NCBI GenBank assembly: GCA_001823065.1
Contig: MHTJ01000003.1
Location: 106,869-170,868, forward strand
DNA length: 64,000 bases
Source of the DNA: Candidatus Vogelbacteria bacterium RIFOXYD1_FULL_44_32
GTDB lineage: Bacteria; Patescibacteriota; Minisyncoccia; Phycocordibacterales; XYD1-FULL-46-19
Direction of reading: 5' to 3'
A program made the translations under genes and the position numbers. Below, piece by piece: positions 16,963 to 26,811 of this stretch. The notes beneath the pieces were generated by a model. It ran no database searches and had not been told where the DNA came from. It saw nothing but the letters and a program-made list of their open reading frames with translations. How positions within the stretch are numbered: position 1 is the first letter of the stretch; each line of letters begins with the position of its first letter.

Positions 16963-19416
16963 ATGCCCATCGTTAAAATTGAATCGGCCCGAGAAGCTAT
17001 TTTGGCCCCCGTTAGACGGTCAATGATTTCGGCCAATACCGCCGCCTTCTTTACTTTATTTGTGGGTATTATTATTTTACCCTTAATTTCTTTGTCCCAA
17101 TTTGGAATCGGGCCCGATGTCGCCAAAAAGTTCTTCCTCTTGGGGGTATTGGTAGTTACGATTGCCCTGTGGCTGGTGGGTCGTCTACAAGACGGGGAAG
17201 TAAAATTACCTTGGTCCCTACCAATGATATTTTTACCACTTATCTCGGTGTCCTTTATTATCAGCGCTATATTTTCCACTGGGGTTCGCCACTCTTTACT
17301 CGGCTCACTCTATCAGTCTGGCACGGCTTTGTCGATTTTGGCTTTGTCCGCGCTCACTTTCTTTATTGTTTTGTTTGTGGATAGTCGGAAACATTTGTTT
17401 AATTTATATTTAGGAATTTCCTTGGCGGCCTTAGTGGTGGCGGTCTATTATCTCTTGGTTGTTCCCCTTGGTTCCTGGTTGTGGCCGAGCTTATTCAATT
17501 ATTTACCCCAAGTGTTGATTGGTAAATGGTATGAGACGGCAGTGTTTTTTGGCTTTACCGCTTTAGTGGCTTTATTTATGTTGGAGTTGCCCGCCTTGGG
17601 GACTAGTCTAGTTTTAAAACGTTTGTCCATCGCGTCTTTTGTGGCTTCATTGTTGATGTTGATGTTTACCAACTTTACGATTGTTTGGATAATTACGGGA
17701 GTGATTGCTTTGTCTGTTTTTGTTTATGCCTTAGCGGCTAGTGCAGGTCAACAAACTGAAGTGCGGCGCGGTTTTCTCGATGGTCGTCAAGTTTTTAGAC
17801 CATCATTCTTTTTTCTTTTACTCGCTCTCCTTTTTATTATTCTCGGTCGACCTGGTGGGCCTCTAAATGATGGCTTAAATACTATTTATGCTAAGGCCAA
17901 TGTGTCATTTGTGGAGGTTCGGCCGGGCTGGGCTAGTACGTTGATGGTAGCGACCGAGGTATTAAAACGTGACCCCTTGACGGGGATTGGTCCGAATAAT
18001 TTTTCCAATGCCTGGGCTTCGTACCGCCCCCGCGTAGTCAATGAATTGCAGTATTGGAATGTTGATTTTGCTGATTCGGTTGGCATTATCCCTACTTTTG
18101 TGGTTACCACTGGCTTGGCTGGTACGCTGGCCCTGGTTTTATTCTTCTTGTCTTTGGTTTATGTCGCCGTCAAATCTATTAGTAAATTGCCCAATGACCC
18201 TTTGACCCAGTTTTTGGTGGTTTTGTCAGGGGTGGGAGCACTTTATTTCTGGCTTACCTCTTTTCTTTATACACCGGATGCAATCGGCTTGCCTATGCTC
18301 TTTGTTATGACGGGACTGTTTTTAGCATCTTTAACTGTGGCTAAAATATTACCAGTCAAGACTATTCAGATAAATTCCAATCCGCGCACTTATTTTGCTT
18401 ATCTCCTTGTGTTGGTTTTGTTGTTAGTTATGGCTATTACTGGCGGTTATATTTTATTGCAACGTTTTTGGTCAGTTGTTCGCTATCAGCAAGCGACGGT
18501 GGCGCTCGCTAAGAGTGAGGTGGACAAAGCTGATAGTTTGGTTATTTCGGCGATCAAACTAAATTCTAAAGACCCACTATATTATCGGTTGTTATCACGA
18601 ATTAAGCTTGAGGAATTAAATCGTTTGATTAGTACGGCCGAGGGAAAAAGTGAGTCGGCCAAACCAATTTTACAAAATATGATTGGGACGGCGATTGCAG
18701 CGGCTCAAGAAGCAGTGAAGCTCGATCCAGGTAGCTATGGCAGTACCGTGGCTCTCGGTAATGTTTATGAGTATTTGGCTGGTTTGGGTGTGGCCGGAGC
18801 CTATGATCAAGCCAAGGTGGCCTATGAAGATGCAGCCAAGAAAAATCAAAATAACCCCGAGATTTTATTGAGTCTAGCTCGATTAGAAATTACTCAGGGG
18901 AAATTTGCTTCGGCCCGCACTTATCTGGAAAAAGCTCTAGCCATAAAGTCTAATTATAGTTCATCCATTTTGTTGTTGTCTCAACTTGACCTCGAAGATA
19001 TTGGTACTAGTGCGGCGATTAAACGACTAGAAACAGCTTTGGCGGCGGTACCCAATGACACTAGTTTGCTGTTCCAGCTAGGGTTTTTACGCTACCGAGC
19101 GGGCGATTATGAGGGGACAGCTAATGCGATGCGCTCGGTTATTAGTTTTAGTCCGGGTGGTTTAAATGCCAATGCTTCATATTTTCTTGGTCTAGCCTAT
19201 GATAAGCTTGGCCAGACCGCGAAGGCGATTGAACAATTTGCTTTAATTGCTCGCTATAATCCAGACAATGTCGAGGTGAAGGAAATATTGCGCAATTTAC
19301 GCGCCGGTCGACCAGCTCTAGCTGGTTTGGGTGAGCAAGCACCAGCGGAGGCAGAGCCAGCTGAGGAAGATGACCAAGCCACCGAGGCTGAGGCCACTAA
19401 GGAGCAGAAAAAATAA
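16963..19416 (+). CDS. polytopic membrane protein, O-antigen-ligase (Wzy_C)-like, with C-terminal TPR repeats and an acidic tail
   Basis: More than 10 predicted TM helices, then repeated TPR-like A/Y/L patterns, then an EAEPAEEDDQ tail. Confidence 0.6.
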   Translation: MPIVKIESAREAILAPVRRSMISANTAAFFTLFVGIIILPLISLSQFGIGPDVAKKFFLLGVLVVTIALWLVGRLQDGEVKLPWSLPMIFLPLISVSFIISAIFSTGVRHSLLGSLYQSGTALSILALSALTFFIVLFVDSRKHLFNLYLGISLAALVVAVYYLLVVPLGSWLWPSLFNYLPQVLIGKWYETAVFFGFTALVALFMLELPALGTSLVLKRLSIASFVASLLMLMFTNFTIVWIITGVIALSVFVYALAASAGQQTEVRRGFLDGRQVFRPSFFFLLLALLFIILGRPGGPLNDGLNTIYAKANVSFVEVRPGWASTLMVATEVLKRDPLTGIGPNNFSNAWASYRPRVVNELQYWNVDFADSVGIIPTFVVTTGLAGTLALVLFFLSLVYVAVKSISKLPNDPLTQFLVVLSGVGALYFWLTSFLYTPDAIGLPMLFVMTGLFLASLTVAKILPVKTIQINSNPRTYFAYLLVLVLLLVMAITGGYILLQRFWSVVRYQQATVALAKSEVDKADSLVISAIKLNSKDPLYYRLLSRIKLEELNRLISTAEGKSESAKPILQNMIGTAIAAAQEAVKLDPGSYGSTVALGNVYEYLAGLGVAGAYDQAKVAYEDAAKKNQNNPEILLSLARLEITQGKFASARTYLEKALAIKSNYSSSILLLSQLDLEDIGTSAAIKRLETALAAVPNDTSLLFQLGFLRYRAGDYEGTANAMRSVISFSPGGLNANASYFLGLAYDKLGQTAKAIEQFALIARYNPDNVEVKEILRNLRAGRPALAGLGEQAPAEAEPAEEDDQATEAEATKEQKK

Positions 19417-19427
19417 TTTAAACTAGA

Positions 19428-21104
19428 GTGGTAGCCCGTTTGTTATCGCTATTGTCTAAGGAGTGGGGAGGTCTCCATCAGGCCGCTTTTTTGCTGGCTA
19501 TTTCGGCGCTGTCAGCCCAGATTTTGGCTTTGTTGCGTGACCGCCTCCTAGCAGCGACTTTTGGGGCAGGAGCAGAACTTGATATTTATTATAGTGCTTT
19601 TCGTTTGCCTGATCTGATTTATGTTTCGTTTGCATCGTTTGTGTCGGTGACCGTCCTCATCCCTTTTATTATTCGGGCTGGTAAAGCTGGTGGTGAAGCT
19701 GAGGTGGAGAGATTTTTAAGTAATTTATTTACGGTTTTTTTTGGAGTCACGGTGCTGGTCGGCTTGGTGGCATTTGCCGGTATGCCCTATGTGGCAACCT
19801 ACATTGCTCCCGGTTTTGGACCGGAGGCCTTGGCCCAATTGGTGCTTTTGTCTCGGCTTCTTCTTTTATCACCATTACTTTTAGGGATTTCCAATTTACT
19901 TGGCAGTGTTACTCAAAGCTATCGTAAATTTTTTGCTTACACCTTAAGTCCAGTTGTCTATAATGTGGGTATAATTTTTGGTCTCATCTTTTTTTATCCC
20001 CAGTTTGGTTTGGTGGGTTTGGTGGGGGGAGTGATTATCGGGGCCTTATTTCATCTCTTGGTGCAAGTACCAAGTATTATTCAAATCGGGGTGCGACTTC
20101 ATTTTGTCCGGCAAATAAATTGGGCCGAAATTTGGACCGTGATTAAAGTGTCTTTACCTAGAACTATTGCCCTGTCTGGTAACCAATTGGCCTTGGCGGT
20201 TTTGGTGGCACTCGGGTCTCTTATGGTAGCGGGCTCGATCACGGTGTTTAATCTGGCTTTTAATCTCCAGTCGGTGCCGCTGATTGTAGTGGGGGTGAGT
20301 TATTCGGTGGCCGCCTTTCCGACTCTCGCCGCTTTATTTTCCAGTGGTGAGAAAAGCCAATTTGTGGCCAAAATTGAGCTGGCTATTCGGCATATTATGT
20401 TTTGGTCACTACCGGCGATGACTTTGTTTATTGTGTTGCGGGCTCATTTGGTGCGCATTGTCTTTGGGACCGGTAATTTTAGTTGGTCAGACACTAGACT
20501 GGTGGCGGCGGCGCTGGCTCTCTTTATTATTTCGGTCGCAGCGCAAGGGCTGGTGCAACTTTTTGTGCGGGCTTATTACGCGAGCAATAATACTAAAATA
20601 CCACTATTGATAAATTTATCGTCATCGGCTGCCATAGTCTTTTTGGCCATTTTATTTACCCATCTTTTTAATCAGGTTTTAGTCTTTCGGTTTTTTATCG
20701 AAAACTTATTGCGTATCGAAGACTTAAGCGGGGGTTCAATTCTCATGCTTCCGCTGGCCTATTCAGGGGGTATTTTACTAAATGCTTGTTTATATTGGAT
20801 ATTTTTTAGGCGTCATTTTGGGGTTTTTGCTCCCGAAGTAACGGAAAGCATTTGGCGGTCTTTTGCGGGGGCAATCGTTGGGGGTTTTGTGGCTTATCAT
20901 ACCTTGGCGCTCTTTGTCCCTTTGGTAGACCAAGCCACTTATCTGGGGATTATCTCGCAAGGTGTTGCGGCTGGGTTGGCGGGACTTATCTTTGCGATTG
21001 GCACTTTGTGGGTTTTGGGGAGTGTTGAGCTTAAAGAATTTTATTCGGCCTTGTCGGCCAAAGTTTGGCGTAATCCGATTAGTCCGGGGGCCGAGGAAAT
21101 TTAG
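19428..21104 (+). CDS. murJ: lipid II flippase MurJ/MviN family
   Basis: 558 aa with about 14 TM helices and a MurJ-like N-terminal region. GTG start. Confidence 0.75.
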   Translation: MVARLLSLLSKEWGGLHQAAFLLAISALSAQILALLRDRLLAATFGAGAELDIYYSAFRLPDLIYVSFASFVSVTVLIPFIIRAGKAGGEAEVERFLSNLFTVFFGVTVLVGLVAFAGMPYVATYIAPGFGPEALAQLVLLSRLLLLSPLLLGISNLLGSVTQSYRKFFAYTLSPVVYNVGIIFGLIFFYPQFGLVGLVGGVIIGALFHLLVQVPSIIQIGVRLHFVRQINWAEIWTVIKVSLPRTIALSGNQLALAVLVALGSLMVAGSITVFNLAFNLQSVPLIVVGVSYSVAAFPTLAALFSSGEKSQFVAKIELAIRHIMFWSLPAMTLFIVLRAHLVRIVFGTGNFSWSDTRLVAAALALFIISVAAQGLVQLFVRAYYASNNTKIPLLINLSSSAAIVFLAILFTHLFNQVLVFRFFIENLLRIEDLSGGSILMLPLAYSGGILLNACLYWIFFRRHFGVFAPEVTESIWRSFAGAIVGGFVAYHTLALFVPLVDQATYLGIISQGVAAGLAGLIFAIGTLWVLGSVELKEFYSALSAKVWRNPISPGAEEI

Positions 21105-21140
21105 CTTGCTCTACCAGTTTTTTCCGCTAGTATTAGGTCT

Positions 21141-22943
21141 ATGACTGCCAAGTCTATCCGTAATTTTTCCATTATCGCCCATATTGACCATGGTAAATCC
21201 ACCCTCGCGGACCGGATGCTAGAACTGACGGGCACAATTGAAAAGCGCAAGATGAAAGAGCAAGTTTTAGATTCTATGGAGCTAGAACGAGAGCGGGGGA
21301 TTACCATAAAAATGCAACCAGTGCGTATGGAGTATGAGCACGAAGGTCAGCCCTATATTTTAAATCTAATTGATACGCCCGGGCATATTGATTTTTCCTA
21401 TGAAGTGTCGCGGGCCCTCAAGGCGGTGGAAGGGGTTTTGTTGTTAGTAGATGCAACGCAGGGAGTGCAAGCGCAGACTTTATCAGTTCTAGATATGGCG
21501 CGAGCGGAAAATTTGGTAATTATTCCCGTCATCAACAAAATTGATTTACCGAGTGCAAAAGTGGAAGAAACCAGGTTGGAAGTTGCCAAGCTTTTGGGGG
21601 TGGCGCCGGAATTGATTATGGCGGTATCAGGGAAAACGGGTGCTGGTGTAAATGACTTGTTGCAAGCGATCATTAGGCGTGTCCCCGCGCCGGTGGCCGA
21701 ATACGGTGACCAAAATAACCCGCGGGCTTTAGTTTTTGATTTTGAATATTCTAAACATCGGGGAGTGGTGGTTTATGTGCGGGTGATTGATGGTGCGCTC
21801 ACCAAAGGTGACATTCTCATTTTTGCGGGGTCGGGCGAGAAATTTGGTATTTTAGAAGTGGGTGTTTTTATGCCCACTAAAATTTCAGCGCCTGAAATAC
21901 GGGCCGGCGAGATTGGCTATATTGTCACTGGGATCAAGGAAGCCGGTGGCGCCAAAGTGGGTGATACTTTGGTTTTACCCCAAAATGGTTTACCGGTGGT
22001 GCCTGGCTATAAGCTGGCCTCGCCTGTAGTCTGGGCCAGTATTTATCCCGAGAGCCAAGATGATTTTACTCAACTCCGACAGTCTCTAGAGCGGTTGCGC
22101 CTTGAGGATGCCTCCTTGTCCTTTGAAGAGGAATCGTCGGGGGCTTTGGGCCGAGGTTTTCGTTCGGGTTTTTTAGGGATGCTTCATATGGAAATTATTA
22201 CCGAACGACTAAAACGGGAATTTAATTTAAATCTCGTAATAGCGACGCCGACGATTAGTTATGAGATCAAAAATACAACCACTGGTGGGCTAGAAGCCAT
22301 CTATTCGCCTCATCTTTTTCCCGAAGATTTAAAAAACAAGGAAGTGCTGGAAACCTGGGTCAAGGTTCAACTTATTTTACCGGTCAATTATTTAAATAGT
22401 CTAATGGCTATTTTATATGACCACGAAGCCGAGATTACTGATATGGATAATTTTGGCGACAATCGGACCAATTTGTCATTAGCTATGCCTTTGCGCGAGC
22501 TGATGCGCAACTTTTTTGATGAGGTCAAAAGTGTTACCTCTGGTTACGCCAGCTTTTCTTATAATATTGTGGGGGTAAAACCCGCTGATGTGGTCCGTCT
22601 CGATGTGCTTATCAATGAAGAAGTGATGCCCGCTTTTTCACGGGTGGTGGCCCGGCGCCGAGTCGAGCTGGAAGCAGAGGATGTGGCTGATAAACTTAAG
22701 AAATTATTACCCCGTCAGCTAATTATTATAAAAATTCAGACCAAAGCCATGGGGCGGATTATTGCTTCCCGGACCATCTCGGCCATTCGTAAGGATGTGA
22801 CTGATTATTTATATGGTGGTGATATTACGCGCAAAATGAAGTTGCGGGAAAAGCAAAAAAAGGGTAAAAAGAAAATGCAAAAAATAGGCAAGGTCAATAT
22901 CCCGCAAGAAGTTTTCCTCAAGATGATGAAATCAACGGAATAA
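21141..22943 (+). CDS. lepA: elongation factor 4 (LepA)
   Basis: IIAHIDHGKSTLADR G-domain, DTPGHIDF and the LepA C-terminal domain. 600 aa. Confidence 0.95.
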   Translation: MTAKSIRNFSIIAHIDHGKSTLADRMLELTGTIEKRKMKEQVLDSMELERERGITIKMQPVRMEYEHEGQPYILNLIDTPGHIDFSYEVSRALKAVEGVLLLVDATQGVQAQTLSVLDMARAENLVIIPVINKIDLPSAKVEETRLEVAKLLGVAPELIMAVSGKTGAGVNDLLQAIIRRVPAPVAEYGDQNNPRALVFDFEYSKHRGVVVYVRVIDGALTKGDILIFAGSGEKFGILEVGVFMPTKISAPEIRAGEIGYIVTGIKEAGGAKVGDTLVLPQNGLPVVPGYKLASPVVWASIYPESQDDFTQLRQSLERLRLEDASLSFEEESSGALGRGFRSGFLGMLHMEIITERLKREFNLNLVIATPTISYEIKNTTTGGLEAIYSPHLFPEDLKNKEVLETWVKVQLILPVNYLNSLMAILYDHEAEITDMDNFGDNRTNLSLAMPLRELMRNFFDEVKSVTSGYASFSYNIVGVKPADVVRLDVLINEEVMPAFSRVVARRRVELEAEDVADKLKKLLPRQLIIIKIQTKAMGRIIASRTISAIRKDVTDYLYGGDITRKMKLREKQKKGKKKMQKIGKVNIPQEVFLKMMKSTE

Positions 22944-23067
22944 GAAAGGCAGAGAGTAGAGAGCAATCATGCTAATGATGGTGAGAACACCAATAATCAT
23001 CGCGATAATTCTCATATATTTCTGTTGTTTGCGCCCGTATAACATATTGTAGTAGTATAGGCATATA

Positions 23068-23457
23068 ATGAAAGATTTTCAAGGTCAGCGTCGAGTTCGC
23101 AAAATGATTTACTCTAAAATTTCTTTGGTGGTTTTGGGTTTACTCATTCTCTTTATGGTCAAAGCGCTCTGGGGGGTGCAGACTAAAAATAGTTTGGCGG
23201 TGGCTGGTCGGACCCAAGCTGAGGCCGAATTAGCAGAGCTAGAAGCGCAAAAGGCCGAGCTCTCGGCCCAGGTTGGCTGGCTAGGTAAGGACCGTGGTCA
23301 AGAAGAAGCGTTGCGGCAAAATTTCTCCGTCACTTTGCCGGGCGAAAAGATGGTTATTGTCGTCGAGGATGCCAGCCGGCCAACCACTACTACCCCGAAA
23401 AAAAGTGGTGGCTGGTGGCAGGCCGGCTGGCAAGCCTTGGCGGACATTTTTTCGTAA
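23068..23457 (+). CDS. septum formation initiator (FtsB/DivIC-like) protein
   Basis: N-terminal TM segment followed by a coiled-coil (AELAELEAQKAELSAQV). Confidence 0.55.
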   Translation: MKDFQGQRRVRKMIYSKISLVVLGLLILFMVKALWGVQTKNSLAVAGRTQAEAELAELEAQKAELSAQVGWLGKDRGQEEALRQNFSVTLPGEKMVIVVEDASRPTTTTPKKSGGWWQAGWQALADIFS

Positions 23458-23467
23458 AATAAAATTT

Positions 23468-23538
23468 GCGGGCATAGTTTAGTGGCATGACACGACCTTC
23501 CCAAGGTTGAGACGGGGGTTCGATTCCCCCTGCCCGCA
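23468..23538 (+). tRNA. tRNA-Gly (anticodon CCC)
   Basis: Cloverleaf folds: acceptor GCGGGCA/TGCCCGC, anticodon loop TTCCCAA, T-loop TTCGATT. Confidence 0.85.
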
Positions 23539-23548
23539 CCCTTAATTT

Positions 23549-23845
23549 ATGGCTGAAAATTTTAAGCGGTTGATTGAAGATTTTATATGTGGCTTTTGTG
23601 ATAAAGCAGTAAAAGGCGATGGCTACACTAACCACTGTCCGTTTTGTTTGTGGAGTAAACATGTGGATATAAACCCGGGGGATCGGGCGGCTGAGTGCAG
23701 GGGATTGATGGAGCCAGAACAGCTAGAAAAAAACGGGGATGAGTTTATTATTACCCACAAATGTGTGGATTGTGGCTATCAAAAGCGCAATAAGACCGCT
23801 CCTACTGACGACATTTCCGCCTATTTGGGCAATATGCTACAATAG
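23549..23845 (+). CDS. RNHCP-domain zinc-ribbon protein
   Basis: CGFC...NHCPFC...CVDCG cysteine pairs that match the RNHCP signature. Confidence 0.6.
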   Translation: MAENFKRLIEDFICGFCDKAVKGDGYTNHCPFCLWSKHVDINPGDRAAECRGLMEPEQLEKNGDEFIITHKCVDCGYQKRNKTAPTDDISAYLGNMLQ

Positions 23846-23872
23846 ACAAATTAAAATCTAATAACTATTTTT

Positions 23873-24109
23873 ATGGATAAAAAAGTTGTAATTTATAGCA
23901 CCCCGACTTGCCATTTTTGTCATATGGCCAAGGATTTTTTTAAGGAGAACAATGTTCCATTTGAAGATATTGATGTGGTAGCCGATCGGGCTAAGGCCAA
24001 AGAGATGATTGATAAAAGTGGCCAAATGGGCGTGCCAGTTATCTTTATTGGTGACGAGATGACTATTGGTTTTGATGAGGATAGAATAAAATCTCAGCTT
24101 GGCTTATAG
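23873..24109 (+). CDS. glutaredoxin / NrdH-like redoxin
   Basis: 78 aa with a CHFC active site near the N-terminus in a thioredoxin fold. Confidence 0.8.
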   Translation: MDKKVVIYSTPTCHFCHMAKDFFKENNVPFEDIDVVADRAKAKEMIDKSGQMGVPVIFIGDEMTIGFDEDRIKSQLGL

Positions 24110-24133
24110 CTTAAGCAAAAAAATTATGTAAAA

Positions 24134-24153
24134 ATGGGCGTAAGCCCATTTTT
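24134..24153 (+). terminator. rho-independent terminator
   Basis: atgggc-gtaa-gcccat followed by ttttt. Confidence 0.65.
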
Positions 24154-24157
24154 AATT

Positions 24158-24229
24158 TGCCCCCGTAGTTCAATGGATAGAACGGCTCACTCCTAACGAG
24201 CTGATGTAAGTTCGATTCTTGCCGGGGGC
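24158..24229 (+). tRNA. tRNA-Arg (anticodon CCT)
   Basis: Acceptor GCCCCCG/CGGGGGC, D-arm GTTC/GAAC, anticodon loop CTCCTAA, T-arm GTAAG-TTCGATT-CTTGC. Confidence 0.8.
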
Positions 24230-24526
24230 ACAATTCGTACCAGACTCGAAAAAATTCTTAATTTAAGCCAAAAAGTCGGTTCGAGCACAAGAACAATATA
24301 GACCAGCCTCACGAAAAAGCCCTAAAAATAATAACTTTTTCAGTTTTAAGAGTATTGATATACGGCATACCAAATGACTTGACAAAGTATAAATCTGTGC
24401 TAGTAATAGTACCAGCTCAAAGTACATTAATATCTTGCGATTTTGGCCATATCTTTTAGAGTCTATCTGGGTTTTAAAAGATGTGGCCAATAGTATGACC
24501 ACTTAACAAAAAAAGAGGAAACAGCC

Positions 24527-24871
24527 ATGAAAGAGTTCGTCGTTGGTGTTGCGGTTTTTGTAGGTGTGATTGTTCTGCTTCTTGGTGTCGGTTGGCTCGC
24601 CCAGGGCAACGACTTCTTTATGTACAGGGTGTTCGCACCCAAGTACGAGCAAGTCCGGCGCGAGACATTCGAGCAGTCAAAGGCGTACAACCAGGGTATG
24701 ATTCAGGAATTGCAGAACATGCAGTTCCAGTACGTCAAGGCCGAACCGGCACATCAGAAAGCGCTGGCGTCGATCATCCTACATCGCGCCGCTGACTATC
24801 CCGAAGAGAGTATGCCACCCGATCTCCGCGATTTCATCAAGGGGTTGAAGAGTGCCAAAACCAACTACTAG
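24527..24871 (+). CDS. hypothetical membrane-anchored protein (114 aa), GC-rich islet
   Basis: ORF with an N-terminal TM helix. GC is higher than the flanks. Confidence 0.5.
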   Translation: MKEFVVGVAVFVGVIVLLLGVGWLAQGNDFFMYRVFAPKYEQVRRETFEQSKAYNQGMIQELQNMQFQYVKAEPAHQKALASIILHRAADYPEESMPPDLRDFIKGLKSAKTNY

Positions 24872-24901
24872 TCCACGAAGTGGACGAAAGGAGAATGTCG
24901 A

Positions 24902-25450
24902 ATGAAGAAAAGTATTGCCGTACTATCCCTCTGCCTATGCTCGTTTGTGTTGCTTGGAGCCGAGTCGGATTGTGAACAACGACCCACAAGCGATACCATC
25001 CAGCGCCAACAGCAAGAGGTGCTGTTGCAGGAGGCCACGTCGTCGGTCGGTATGCCCGCGATCAAGAACTTTCGCGAGCGGAAGATCTTGAAGGACATTC
25101 TCGAGCTTCGAGATCAGGAAGGCTTGGTCACCTACACCTACCTTCAGTCGGAGCAAACCGGCAAGCTCATTTACTTAGGAGAGACGATTGGGTATGGTAT
25201 TCCTTACGCTACCCAATTCACTAACCCCCAGAAAATCGCGGGGTCCTACTCCCAAGGAGGGTTTGCTATTCTGCCCCAGGCAGATCCGAATGGTCTGTTC
25301 TCGCCAGCATCGGCCGAAGGGACGTGGGTTCTGTTGAAGGACCCCAATGGCGATGACGTCCGGCCCATTTACTGCGAACCACGCATTGTCGTCTCGCCGT
25401 TTCGGCTGGAGTCGACTGGCCAAGTCGAGGCTGGCCCAGCCGTTAATTAG
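24902..25450 (+). CDS. hypothetical secreted/lipoprotein-like protein (182 aa), GC-rich islet
   Basis: Signal peptide MKKSIAVLSLCLCSFVLLGA. Confidence 0.5.
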   Translation: MKKSIAVLSLCLCSFVLLGAESDCEQRPTSDTIQRQQQEVLLQEATSSVGMPAIKNFRERKILKDILELRDQEGLVTYTYLQSEQTGKLIYLGETIGYGIPYATQFTNPQKIAGSYSQGGFAILPQADPNGLFSPASAEGTWVLLKDPNGDDVRPIYCEPRIVVSPFRLESTGQVEAGPAVN

Positions 25451-25479
25451 TAACGGCGGCTACTATTTGTAAGTCCATC

Positions 25480-25519
25480 GCGTCTCCCCGTAGACTTTTA
25501 TCGGGGAGGCGCTTTTTTG
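25480..25519 (+). terminator. rho-independent terminator
   Basis: gcgtctccccg ... cggggaggcgc stem followed by ttttttg. Confidence 0.65.
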
Positions 25520-25799
25520 TTTGATTAAAGGTATCTTACCAGTGTCATGTCATATTTAGTTACACTCACTCATCTATCACTTCTACCCCACCTCATATAT
25601 CCTGCCCTTAATCATGCAACCAACCTTGGCTCACTATCTTCGAAGAATAATCGTGCCACTTCCGCCAACCATGCCCGCCAGGTTCGACTCGTGATCCGAT
25701 AAGGGGCACACAGTTTAATTAGAAAATTGATCATTTGCCCGCCGTCTCTGGTGGGGGTATAATCCAACTATTAGTAGATTTTTAGCTATTTTTAACATA

Positions 25800-26423
25800 A
25801 TGAATAAAAGCTATATTATTGGGGCAGTGGTGGTGCTAGCGGTGGCCCTGTTGGCCTGGGTTGGGCTGTCTGGCCGTTCGGTTGATCAAACTGATGACAA
25901 TGATAATAATACTGCTTCCACTAGCTTGCGGGAGCTAATAACTGGGGGTAAGGCGGTGCAATGTCAGTTTTCTAGCACGGAAGCTGGCAGTGAATCAACT
26001 GGTGAAGTTTTTGTCGCTTCGGCTGCCAAAATGCGGGCTGATTTTACCGCTAAAATTGAGGGCAAAGACCAAGTTGGTCATATGATAATGAAAGACCAAA
26101 AAGTTTTTGTTTGGCTTGATGGGGAGGCTCAAGGGGTGACCATGGCTGTTCCTGAAGACGGGACACAAACTGGAGATAATAAAACGCCACTAAATTTTGA
26201 CGATAAAAATGTGTCTTATGATTGTGATAGCTGGCGGGTGGATGATTCTAAATTTGTAGAACCAACCACAGTTAAATTTATGGATTTGGCCGGTCTAGTG
26301 GGAGCGGGGGCCTCGGCTTCTGTTTCGGCTGGCGCCACTGCCAATCCGCCTCAGTGTGCCGCCTGCGACCAGCTCGCGGGGGCCCAAAAAGCTCAGTGCC
26401 GAACAGCGCTCAAGTGTCAGTAA
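25800..26423 (+). CDS. hypothetical secreted/membrane-anchored protein (207 aa) with a Cys-rich C-terminus
   Basis: N-terminal TM/signal segment. A TATAAT-like element (ggtataat) lies upstream. The C-terminus has a CAACDQ...CRTALKCQ motif. Confidence 0.5.
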   Translation: MNKSYIIGAVVVLAVALLAWVGLSGRSVDQTDDNDNNTASTSLRELITGGKAVQCQFSSTEAGSESTGEVFVASAAKMRADFTAKIEGKDQVGHMIMKDQKVFVWLDGEAQGVTMAVPEDGTQTGDNKTPLNFDDKNVSYDCDSWRVDDSKFVEPTTVKFMDLAGLVGAGASASVSAGATANPPQCAACDQLAGAQKAQCRTALKCQ

Positions 26424-26441
26424 AATATAGGAAATGAGAAA

Positions 26442-26471
26442 AGGCCCCTGCTCGGGGCCTTTTTGATTTTT
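26442..26471 (+). terminator. rho-independent terminator
   Basis: aggcccc-tgct-cggggcct followed by ttttgattttt. Confidence 0.7.
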
Positions 26472-26479
26472 AGGACCAT

Positions 26480-26743
26480 TTGAGTTATAGTGACGGGATG
26501 GATGAGGAAACAAAAAGCTTGTTAGAAGAAAATTTGGCGATCGGGAAGGATAATCGCCGGATGTTGAAAAAACTTTTGTCCTATCGCCGTTTAGAGGCGA
26601 TTTATTCGGTTTTGAAGTGGGTGGTGGTGCTGGGTATCGGCCTTTGGACTTACTATTATCTTCAGCCCTATTTAGACCAAGTTTTAGCCGCGTATAATCA
26701 GCTAAACGGGGTTTTCCAAAATTTGCCCATTCCAGGGCGGTAA
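26480..26743 (+). CDS. small membrane protein (87 aa)
   Basis: ORF with one hydrophobic helix. Confidence 0.4.
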   Translation: MSYSDGMDEETKSLLEENLAIGKDNRRMLKKLLSYRRLEAIYSVLKWVVVLGIGLWTYYYLQPYLDQVLAAYNQLNGVFQNLPIPGR

Positions 26744-26811
26744 ATTTTCATTTTTTCGGGCTTTATTTCTGGTCTTAAACATGCTATAAAATAAGGGTCA
26801 TATTTTGACAT

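Noticed and set aside
16920-17279. 112-aa minus-strand ORF overlapping the start of the O-antigen-ligase-like gene
   Set aside because: It is antisense to the N-terminus of a well-supported 817-aa membrane protein, and its sequence is hydrophobic and low-complexity. It is probably spurious.
22930-23013. 33-codon minus-strand micro-ORF (MRIIAMIIGVLTIISMIALYSLPFLFR) overlapping the lepA stop
   Set aside because: It is short, has no clear RBS and is shorter than the ORF track's minimum length. It cannot be supported without expression data.
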